A model generated the notes under the pieces. The model ran no database searches and was not told the origin of the DNA. It worked only from the letters and a program-made list of their open reading frames with translations. A stretch of 32,000 bases of DNA from an uncultured Opitutales bacterium. Lineage in GTDB: Bacteria; Verrucomicrobiota; Verrucomicrobiia; Opitutales; Intestinicryptomonadaceae. The stretch covers positions 30,001 through 62,000 of the forward strand of contig CAKUIA010000016.1 in the NCBI GenBank assembly GCA_934660865.1. Reading direction: 5' to 3'. The stretch's first letter is position 1, and each line of letters begins with the position of its first letter. A program made the position numbers and the translations under genes. Positions 26,186 to 32,000 of this stretch are shown one piece after another.

Positions 26186-27412
26186 TTAAAACGAGTGAAT
26201 GAAAAGCCCCGACCTAAGTTTAGGCTCAAACCAGGTGCTTTTGGGGGGCATAATCTGGCCTGCGTCGGCAATGTCCATAAGCTGGTCGGTAGTTACCGGA
26301 TACATCGAAAAGGCAACTTTTGCCTTGCCGGAATCTACAATGTTTTCGAGCTCTTTTGTGCCCTTTATGCCGCCGACAAAGTCTATCCTTTCGTCGGTGC
26401 GCGGGTCGCCAATGTTAAGTATCGGGCTAAGAACGTTGTCCTGCAAAACCGAAACGTCTAGCGATTTTACCGCGTCTAAAGAGGCGTCTTTCTTGAAGGT
26501 TAAAGTGTACCAAAGCTTGTTTAAGTACATGCAAATTTCCAGCGGCTTTGCGGGGCTTTTTTTGCCGTTTTGCTCTACTTGGCAAACCTTTTGCACCTTT
26601 GCCAAAAATTCGCTTTCGGTATTGCCGGCCAAGTCTTTTACAACCCTGTTGTAGGGCAAAATTTTAAGTTGGCCCGCGGGGAACACAACCGCCAAAAACC
26701 AGTTGTAGTCTTCGTCGCCCGTGTGGTTGGGGTTTTCGGCCTTAAGGTCGCGCGCGCAGCGTGCGTTGCTTGCGCTGCGGTGGTGGCCGTCGGCAACATA
26801 CGCGCAGGGTATATTTGCAAAGGTTTCGCCTATCTTTTTAAGGGTTTCCTCGTCGTCTATCCTCCAGCCCGTGTGGCGAATGCCGTCGTCGGCAACAAAG
26901 TCGAAAAGGGCGTCTTCGTCTTTTTTGTTTTCTACAATTCTGTCCAGCAAAGTACCGTCTTTTACGGTTAAAAATACGGGGCCCGTGTTTACCCTTAGGG
27001 TTTTTGTTAGGGTGTAGCGGTCGTTTTCCTTTGCCGCCCTTGTTTTTTCGTGCTTTTTAATTACGTTGTCGTCGTAGTCTTGCGCGCTAAAAGTTGCAAC
27101 CAAACCCGTCTGCGCGTGGTCGCCCATAACCTGGCGGTATAGGTACATTGCGGGTTTCTTTTCGCGCACTAAGTCGCCGTTTTTTACGAGCTTGTCGAAA
27201 TTTTCCTTCGCGTGTTTGTAAACTTCGGGCGAATAGGGGTCTGTCGATTCGGGCAGCTCTATTTCCGAGCGCACAACCCTCATAAAGCTGAGGGGTTTGC
27301 CTTCGGCCTCCTTAACGGCCTGTTCGTGATTTACAACATCGTACGGCAAAGAGGCGATGTCTTTAAATTTGTTGTCTGACGGAATTAGGGCTTTAAATGC
27401 TTTAATTTTCAT
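26186..27412 (-). CDS. DUF1015-family protein (function unknown)
   Basis: 408 aa. The sequence MKIKAFKALIPS...ASLPYDVV...AMYLYRQ...TGLVA...YDDNVIKKHEKTR...YVADGHHRSAS... matches my recollection of the DUF1015 (PF06245/COG4198) pattern. The DGHHR motif is encoded at 26791..26777. It lies 36 nt upstream of the GH20-like gene on the same strand. Confidence 0.75.
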   Translation of the reverse strand: MKIKAFKALIPSDNKFKDIASLPYDVVNHEQAVKEAEGKPLSFMRVVRSEIELPESTDPYSPEVYKHAKENFDKLVKNGDLVREKKPAMYLYRQVMGDHAQTGLVATFSAQDYDDNVIKKHEKTRAAKENDRYTLTKTLRVNTGPVFLTVKDGTLLDRIVENKKDEDALFDFVADDGIRHTGWRIDDEETLKKIGETFANIPCAYVADGHHRSASNARCARDLKAENPNHTGDEDYNWFLAVVFPAGQLKILPYNRVVKDLAGNTESEFLAKVQKVCQVEQNGKKSPAKPLEICMYLNKLWYTLTFKKDASLDAVKSLDVSVLQDNVLSPILNIGDPRTDERIDFVGGIKGTKELENIVDSGKAKVAFSMYPVTTDQLMDIADAGQIMPPKSTWFEPKLRSGLFIHSF

Positions 27413-27540
27413 TCCGTAGATAATTTCACAAATATGGAAATTTGCAAGCCAACATATAAATAAAGTTCTTGAAATGTTCGGCGCTTTATAAAAGAATTAA
27501 CGCAAAATATAAAAATCCGATTTTGAAAGGCAGATATATT

Positions 27541-28335
27541 ATGAAAAGTTTTGGCAGGAAGGGCGGTTGCCTCTTTAGTCTTATAAAAATGGCGGTGTTT
27601 GCCGTTATAGTTTTGGCGGTTGCCGCATACTTTGCGGGGTCGTACTTGGCGTCGCCTGCGGTTAAATATGCGGGCAAGGTTATAGGGGTAGACATGGAGC
27701 TCGGCTCGGTTTCGTACAGCATAAAAGAGCAGTCCATTCAGGTTAACGACTTTGTTATGGGCAACCCCGAAGGCTTTTCGCAAAAGGTTAAGGCCCTTGT
27801 TTTAAAAGACGCCTTTTTGGATTTGGATTTGTCTTTGGGCGATGTGCTGAATAAAAAGCTGATAGAAATAGACGAAATAAAGGTGGACGGCTTTAGCATG
27901 TCGCTTGAATATGCAGGCGGCATAATAGGGCTTGCCAAAAACAACTCGAATTTTAACGCGATAATAAACAAGCTAAAAAGCCACACAAGCCAGCAGCAAC
28001 AGGCCGTTGCCGAAAGCAAGTCGGCCGACGAAACTCCCTACAAAGTTGCAATAAAAAAGATTGTGTTTAAAAACGGACAGATTTCGGGCGCGGTCGGCAA
28101 CTCGAACGTAACGGTTAAAATTCCCGATTTCGAAATGCAAAACATCGGCAAAAGCGGCGAGGGTATAACCATAACCGAGGCCGCAATAAGGGTGTTCGGC
28201 GTTCTTACCGAAAGGGCGGTTGGCACGGCGTTAAAAGACGGTTCGAACGCGCTTATACAGGGCGGTTCCGATGCGGGCACTACAACCGAAGACGCCATAA
28301 AGAAGCTGGGCAAATCAATATTCCAGGGCTTGTAA
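27541..28335 (+). CDS. membrane-anchored hypothetical protein (264 aa), possibly a small AsmA/DUF748-like protein
   Basis: The ATG at 27541 gives MKSFGRKGGCLFSLIKMAVFAVIVLAVAAYFAG, a single N-terminal TM segment (the track start at 27469 is TTG). The rest shows alternating beta-like repeats (IQVNDFVMGNPEGF..., IKVDGFSMSLEY, IVFKNGQISGAVGNSNVTVKIPDFEMQNIG) and a Q-rich linker. The family assignment is by pattern resemblance only. Confidence 0.55.
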   Translation: MKSFGRKGGCLFSLIKMAVFAVIVLAVAAYFAGSYLASPAVKYAGKVIGVDMELGSVSYSIKEQSIQVNDFVMGNPEGFSQKVKALVLKDAFLDLDLSLGDVLNKKLIEIDEIKVDGFSMSLEYAGGIIGLAKNNSNFNAIINKLKSHTSQQQQAVAESKSADETPYKVAIKKIVFKNGQISGAVGNSNVTVKIPDFEMQNIGKSGEGITITEAAIRVFGVLTERAVGTALKDGSNALIQGGSDAGTTTEDAIKKLGKSIFQGL

Positions 28336-28363
28336 TATTGGCATATAAACCGATTTTAAAGGG

Positions 28364-28392
28364 GGCGGTTTTTTAAACCGCCTTGTTTTTTT
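28364..28392 (+). terminator. rho-independent terminator after the 27541..28335 gene
   Basis: Stem GGCGGTT (28364..28370) pairs with AACCGCC (28376..28382) around the loop TTTTA. The sequence TTGTTTTTTT follows, extending to 28392. Confidence 0.8.
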
Positions 28393-28407
28393 ACAAAAGG
28401 CGTTTTT

Positions 28408-29658
28408 ATGAATTTTTCGGAAAAGAGAAACATATTGCTTTTGTGCGCGTTGCTATTCTTTTTTCTTGCGGGCGAAAGCATAATTTTACCCATACTTGCC
28501 CCGACTTTGGCCGAGCCTGTTTGCGACAAGCTGGATATGCTGTCCAATGCTTCGAAGCAGCTGCACAATTTGGCGTACGGAGCGGCGTTGGGGGTGTTTC
28601 CCGTATGTCTATTTTTTGCGGCGCCCATAATAGGTTCGCTTTCCGACAACTATGCCAGAAAGCCGCTTATAATTGCGGCGGTTGCGGGCGCGTTTTTGTC
28701 GTACATACTGCAGGGCTTGGCAATGCAATATATGCTGTTTTTGCCATTTTTTGCGGGCAGGGCGGTTGCGGGGCTTACAACGGGTGTAGACGGCGTAATA
28801 CAGGCGTATTTGCTGGATAATTGCCCCGCCGAAAAAAGGGCAAAATACCTTTCGTATACGTTGTTTGCAATGAGCATTGGGCTGTTTGTAGGCCCGATGT
28901 TTGCCGCGGCGTTGATAGACCCCAATTCTACCGAGCCTTTAAGCTGGAGCGTGCCTTTCTACGCGCTGGCGGCTGTTTTTCTTATAATGCTTATCCCCGT
29001 AATCTGCCTTTTGCCGAAAAGGTCTAAAAACGCGCTTGCAAACAAAAAGACAAAGCTGGATTGGCTTGCGGGCATAAAAGACCTAAAAAGCAGCTGGCGC
29101 GAAGTCGATTTGCGCAAACTGAGCATACCGTTTATAATAGTAAACGCGGCTTTCGGCTGTTTTATGGCAAGCTCGGCGGTTTGGGTCGAAAAATCTTTGG
29201 GCTTTGATATGCGCGAAATTTCGCTTTTCTTTTCGGTAGGCGGCGTTGCCTCGTTCTTTACATACGGGTTTTTTGCCCCGAAACTTATAGGCAAATTTGG
29301 CGCGCAAAACGTGGCAAAATATTCGGCGGTATTTATAGGCGTAGCTACCTTTGCAATGCTTGTTTTGCAGTATAAGGTTTTTTGCTATATATTTATGGCG
29401 TTTAACTTTTCGGGGATTTCGCTTTTCTACCTTTCGTGCATAGACATATATTCGGGGCTTGTAAGCGCGCAGCGCAGGGGGTGGATGCTTAGCGTTGCAA
29501 GCTCTCTTTGGGGTCTGGCGCAGGGCGTGGGGCTTGCCTTAAGCGGGCTTATTTGCGCCTATATAGGGGCTATTGGCGGAATGGTATTTTGCGGGGTATT
29601 TTCGCTGTTTAGCTTTTATATATTCCCAAAACTTACGCAAAATGCGCACGACGAATAA
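28408..29658 (+). CDS. MFS transporter (DHA1/TetA-like efflux type)
   Basis: 416 aa with about 12 hydrophobic segments. An MFS motif-A-like sequence GSLSDNYARKPLII follows TM2, and RAVAGLTTG is also present. Confidence 0.8.
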   Translation: MNFSEKRNILLLCALLFFFLAGESIILPILAPTLAEPVCDKLDMLSNASKQLHNLAYGAALGVFPVCLFFAAPIIGSLSDNYARKPLIIAAVAGAFLSYILQGLAMQYMLFLPFFAGRAVAGLTTGVDGVIQAYLLDNCPAEKRAKYLSYTLFAMSIGLFVGPMFAAALIDPNSTEPLSWSVPFYALAAVFLIMLIPVICLLPKRSKNALANKKTKLDWLAGIKDLKSSWREVDLRKLSIPFIIVNAAFGCFMASSAVWVEKSLGFDMREISLFFSVGGVASFFTYGFFAPKLIGKFGAQNVAKYSAVFIGVATFAMLVLQYKVFCYIFMAFNFSGISLFYLSCIDIYSGLVSAQRRGWMLSVASSLWGLAQGVGLALSGLICAYIGAIGGMVFCGVFSLFSFYIFPKLTQNAHDE

Positions 29659-29827
29659 AAATGCGCGCAAACCGGCAAAAAATGCTTGCCAAGCGCCGCA
29701 CAAAAATATTTTATAAAAACTTTTTAAACAATTCGGCATAGTGCCGCCTTGTTTTTAACAGAACACTAAACACTAAAAATAGAAAGATTATCCCAGGTTC
29801 GCCCAGTGCGAATACGGAGCAAACAAT

Positions 29828-30643
29828 ATGAATATCACAGTAAAAGACTTGATGGACGCAGGCGTCCATTTCGGACACCAAGTACGCCGCTGGAACCCCC
29901 GTTCCAAGCCCTATGTATACGACCACCGTTCGGGCGTATCCATCATCAATCTTGAAAAGACTCTCGAACAGCTCTCGAAAGCCGCAAAATTCATCGAAGA
30001 TATCGTTGCCGAAAACAAGGACATTATGTTCGTCGGCACAAAGCGCCAGGCGCAAGACATTCTCCGCGAAGTGGCCCAGGGCTGCAATATGCCTTTCTGT
30101 GTAAATCGTTGGTTGGGCGGCACACTTACAAACTTTGCCACAATATTGACCAGCCTTAAAAAATACAAGAAGTTCCTCGATATGGAATCGAGCGGCGAAC
30201 TCGACAAGCTCTATGCAAAAGAAGCCGCTGCAATACGCCGTCAGATGACCCGTATGAACAGAAACTTCGAAGGTATTAAAGACATTTCGGCCCTTCCCGG
30301 CGTAGCTTTTGTTGTAGACATCAACAACGAAGAAATTGCAGTTGCCGAATTCAGAAAATTGGGCATACCCGTTGTCGCTTTGGTAGACACAAATTCCGAC
30401 CCGACTTTGGTAGACTTGCCCATTCCCGGCAACGACGACGCCGTAAAGAGCATTAGGCTTATTGCCGACGTTATCGCCGAAGCCGTACAGGCAGGTTTGG
30501 CAAGACGCGTAGTAGAAGTTAAAACTCCCGCAGCTCCCGCAAAGGCTGTTCGCGGCAGAAGGTCGAAGGCGGAACCCAAGCCCCAGCCCGAAGTTAACAT
30601 AGCTTCCGACATCAATGTCGACGCGATAAAAGAAGGCAAATAA
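29828..30643 (+). CDS. rpsB: 30S ribosomal protein S2
   Basis: MNITVKDLMDAGVHFGHQVRRWNP, FVGTKRQAQ, NRWLGGTLTN and LVDTNSDP, followed by a basic/Pro-rich C-terminal tail. 271 aa. GGAG lies 9-12 nt upstream of the ATG. Confidence 0.97.
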   Translation: MNITVKDLMDAGVHFGHQVRRWNPRSKPYVYDHRSGVSIINLEKTLEQLSKAAKFIEDIVAENKDIMFVGTKRQAQDILREVAQGCNMPFCVNRWLGGTLTNFATILTSLKKYKKFLDMESSGELDKLYAKEAAAIRRQMTRMNRNFEGIKDISALPGVAFVVDINNEEIAVAEFRKLGIPVVALVDTNSDPTLVDLPIPGNDDAVKSIRLIADVIAEAVQAGLARRVVEVKTPAAPAKAVRGRRSKAEPKPQPEVNIASDINVDAIKEGK

Positions 30644-30667
30644 TCAACTAATAGAAAGATTTGCATA

Positions 30668-31258
30668 ATGGAAATTACATCTAAAATGGTTGCCGACTTA
30701 AGAGCCCGCACGGGTGCCGGCATAGTAGAATGCAAAAAAGCTTTGATAGAAGCCAACGGCAACGACGAACAGGCGGTGGAAATTCTCCGCATTAAGGGTG
30801 TTGCAACAGCCGCTAAAAAGGCCGGCAGAACGGCATCGCAGGGCTTGATTAGCGCATATGTTCACTCGAACAACAAAGTGGGCGTTCTTATCGAAGTTGC
30901 CTGCGAATCGGACTTTGTCGCCAAGAATGCGGACTTCCAAACCTTTGTAAAAGATCTTTGCATGCACATTGCGGCTTTCTCGCCCGTTTGCATTTCCAAA
31001 GACCAAGTTCCCCAGGAATTGGTTGAAAAGGAACGCGAAATTGCCTTGGCCCAGATGGCGGAAGACAAAAAACCCGAAGCCATTAAGGAAAAGATTATTG
31101 CAGGCAAAATCGACAAGTTCCTTTGCAGCGTAAGCTTGCTTGAACAGCCCTTTGTTAAGGACGACAAGCACACCGTAGGCGAAGTTCTTACACAGAAAAT
31201 CGCAACTATCGGCGAAAAGCTCGAAATCAAAAGATTTACACGCTACCAAATAGGTTAG
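30668..31258 (+). CDS. tsf: translation elongation factor Ts (short form, 196 aa)
   Basis: MEITSKMVADLRARTGAGIVECKKALIEANGNDEQAVEILR (UBA-like N-domain), LIEVACESDFVAKN, and KDLCMHIAA. It directly follows rpsB, as in most bacteria. Confidence 0.96.
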   Translation: MEITSKMVADLRARTGAGIVECKKALIEANGNDEQAVEILRIKGVATAAKKAGRTASQGLISAYVHSNNKVGVLIEVACESDFVAKNADFQTFVKDLCMHIAAFSPVCISKDQVPQELVEKEREIALAQMAEDKKPEAIKEKIIAGKIDKFLCSVSLLEQPFVKDDKHTVGEVLTQKIATIGEKLEIKRFTRYQIG

Positions 31259-31274
31259 TAGTGTTTGCAATTTT

Positions 31275-31356
31275 GCTCGAGTGGTGGAATTGGCAGACAC
31301 GCAGGACTTAGGATCCTGTGCTTCACGGCGTGCGAGTTCAACCCTCGCCTCGAGCA
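31275..31356 (+). tRNA. tRNA-Leu, anticodon UAG (class II, long variable arm); CCA not encoded
   Basis: Folded by hand. Acceptor stem GCTCGAG/CTCGAGC. D-arm GTG-GAATTGGCAGA-CAC. Anticodon stem CAGGA/TCCTG with loop CTTAGGA. 13-nt variable arm. T-arm GCGAG-TTCAACC-CTCGC. Discriminator A. Total 82 nt. Confidence 0.93.
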
Positions 31357-31365
31357 CTGCAAAAC

Positions 31366-31399
31366 AAAAAGCGGCTTTTTAATTAAGGCCGCTTTTTTT
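31366..31399 (+). terminator. rho-independent terminator after tRNA-Leu (end of the rpsB-tsf-tRNA unit)
   Basis: Stem AGCGGC (31370..31375) pairs with GCCGCT (31388..31393), extendable by G-U and A-U pairs. An A-run lies upstream and a 7-T run at 31393..31399. Confidence 0.8.
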
Positions 31400-31446
31400 A
31401 TGCGCAAAAACTAGGCGTTTTGGATTTTATGCAATAATACAATTTA

Positions 31447-31459
31447 TTTTTTTTTTTTT
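31447..31459. repeat. homopolymeric T tract (13 T)
   Basis: Counted directly. It is the longest homopolymer in the window and lies 57 nt upstream of the ATG at 31516, in an AT-rich intergenic region. Confidence 0.9.
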
Positions 31460-31515
31460 GAATTATATTACAATAAATCCTTGCTAAATTATACAAACCG
31501 TTCCATAAAGTTTGT

Positions 31516-32000
31516 ATGAAAAATATATTAAAAATTGCGACAATGTTTTTTATTGCGTGCGCTTGCTCATTTGCAAATGCCGCTCAAATAGAATTAAGGC
31601 AGGTTGTTAAAAACAGCGGCAGCAAAACCGTTAATTTAAACTACAACAACAGCTACCAAAAATACAAAACGGTAAGGAAAACGTTTACAGTTAGCGTAAA
31701 GTCTACATCGCCGATAGACGTTTTAATTGTATTGGCCACATTTAGCGGCAACGACGGCGTTGAGTGCTCCACAAAGGTTGCAAATATAGATTATAAAACA
31801 CCGTGCGAACTTAGCGCATTTGCGGCGTCGGAATCGGCCGAAACGAAACTGGATTTTACCTATATACCCGACTACTATTCAAAGCAGGGCAACGCGAAGG
31901 TAGACGCCGTTTGCTATGTTTACGACCTAAAAACGGGCAAGCTTATAGGCTCAAAATTTACATCTAGGATATTTGCCGACGAATTTATAAAAAATGCAAA
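31516..32000 (+). CDS. hypothetical secreted protein or lipoprotein, N-terminal 161 codons (partial, runs off the right edge)
   Basis: Absent from the ORF track because no stop lies in the window. The open frame from the ATG at 31516 reads MKNILKIATMFFIACACSFANAAQIELRQVVKNSGSKTVNLNYNN.... A signal peptide is present, with either an ANA|A cleavage site or an FIAC lipobox. GC is low: I counted about 32% and 38% in the first two 100-nt blocks. I recognise no family. Confidence 0.6.
   Translation, partial: MKNILKIATMFFIACACSFANAAQIELRQVVKNSGSKTVNLNYNNSYQKYKTVRKTFTVSVKSTSPIDVLIVLATFSGNDGVECSTKVANIDYKTPCELSAFAASESAETKLDFTYIPDYYSKQGNAKVDAVCYVYDLKTGKLIGSKFTSRIFADEFIKNA

Noticed and set aside
30698-31357. 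219-aa minus-strand ORF spanning tsf and the tRNA-Leu gene
   Set aside because: It overlaps a confidently folded tRNA and the antisense of EF-Ts. It is spurious.
1-32000. Scan for CRISPR arrays, IS or transposase ends, integrases, toxin-antitoxin pairs, restriction-modification or other defence genes, rRNA, tmRNA, RNase P and SRP RNA
   Set aside because: No spaced direct-repeat array, no terminal inverted repeats flanking an ORF and no ORF with nuclease, integrase or defence-type motifs was seen. All intergenic gaps are 304 nt or shorter and are mostly accounted for by terminators and promoters. Profile or covariance-model scans that I could not run would be needed to exclude small ncRNAs.

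Overview
This is a gene-dense (about 90% coding), mostly housekeeping chromosomal segment of an unidentified diderm bacterium. GC is about 48-50% by eye. Most start codons lack a Shine-Dalgarno sequence, so several starts are ambiguous. The ORF track also uses TTG/GTG starts and over-extends some N-termini. I support 29 protein-coding genes (two truncated at the window edges and missing from the ORF track), one tRNA-Leu(UAG), about a dozen rho-independent terminators and a few candidate promoters or operators.

Gene order:
- Minus strand: rlmN(partial)-lipoprotein-CNNM/CBS-uvrA.
- Plus strand: ilvB-cyclophilin.
- Minus-strand cofactor cluster: nadK-yihY-pdxH-nadD-rsfS.
- Plus strand: ndk-rsmG-fabG.
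- Envelope genes: HU, FkpA-like FKBP, PpiD-like chaperone, FadL-family porin, GH92 mannosidase.
- Then: xseB-dxs, a thymidine-phosphorylase-fold gene, a GH20-like plus DUF1015 pair, a small membrane-anchored protein, an MFS transporter, rpsB-tsf and tRNA-Leu.
- Right edge: a low-GC stretch encoding an orphan secreted protein.

I found no CRISPR array, IS element, integrase, toxin-antitoxin pair or recognisable defence gene, and no convincing novel multi-gene system. The most unusual items are:
- a phosphorylase-fold protein whose signature phosphate loop is replaced without any indel;
- the synteny and GC break after tRNA-Leu, with a 13-T tract, which may be an island edge continuing beyond the window;
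- a DUF1015 (DGHHR motif) and GH20-like tandem;
- several well-formed intergenic inverted repeats.

All functional calls rest on my reading of the translated motifs. No database search was run.
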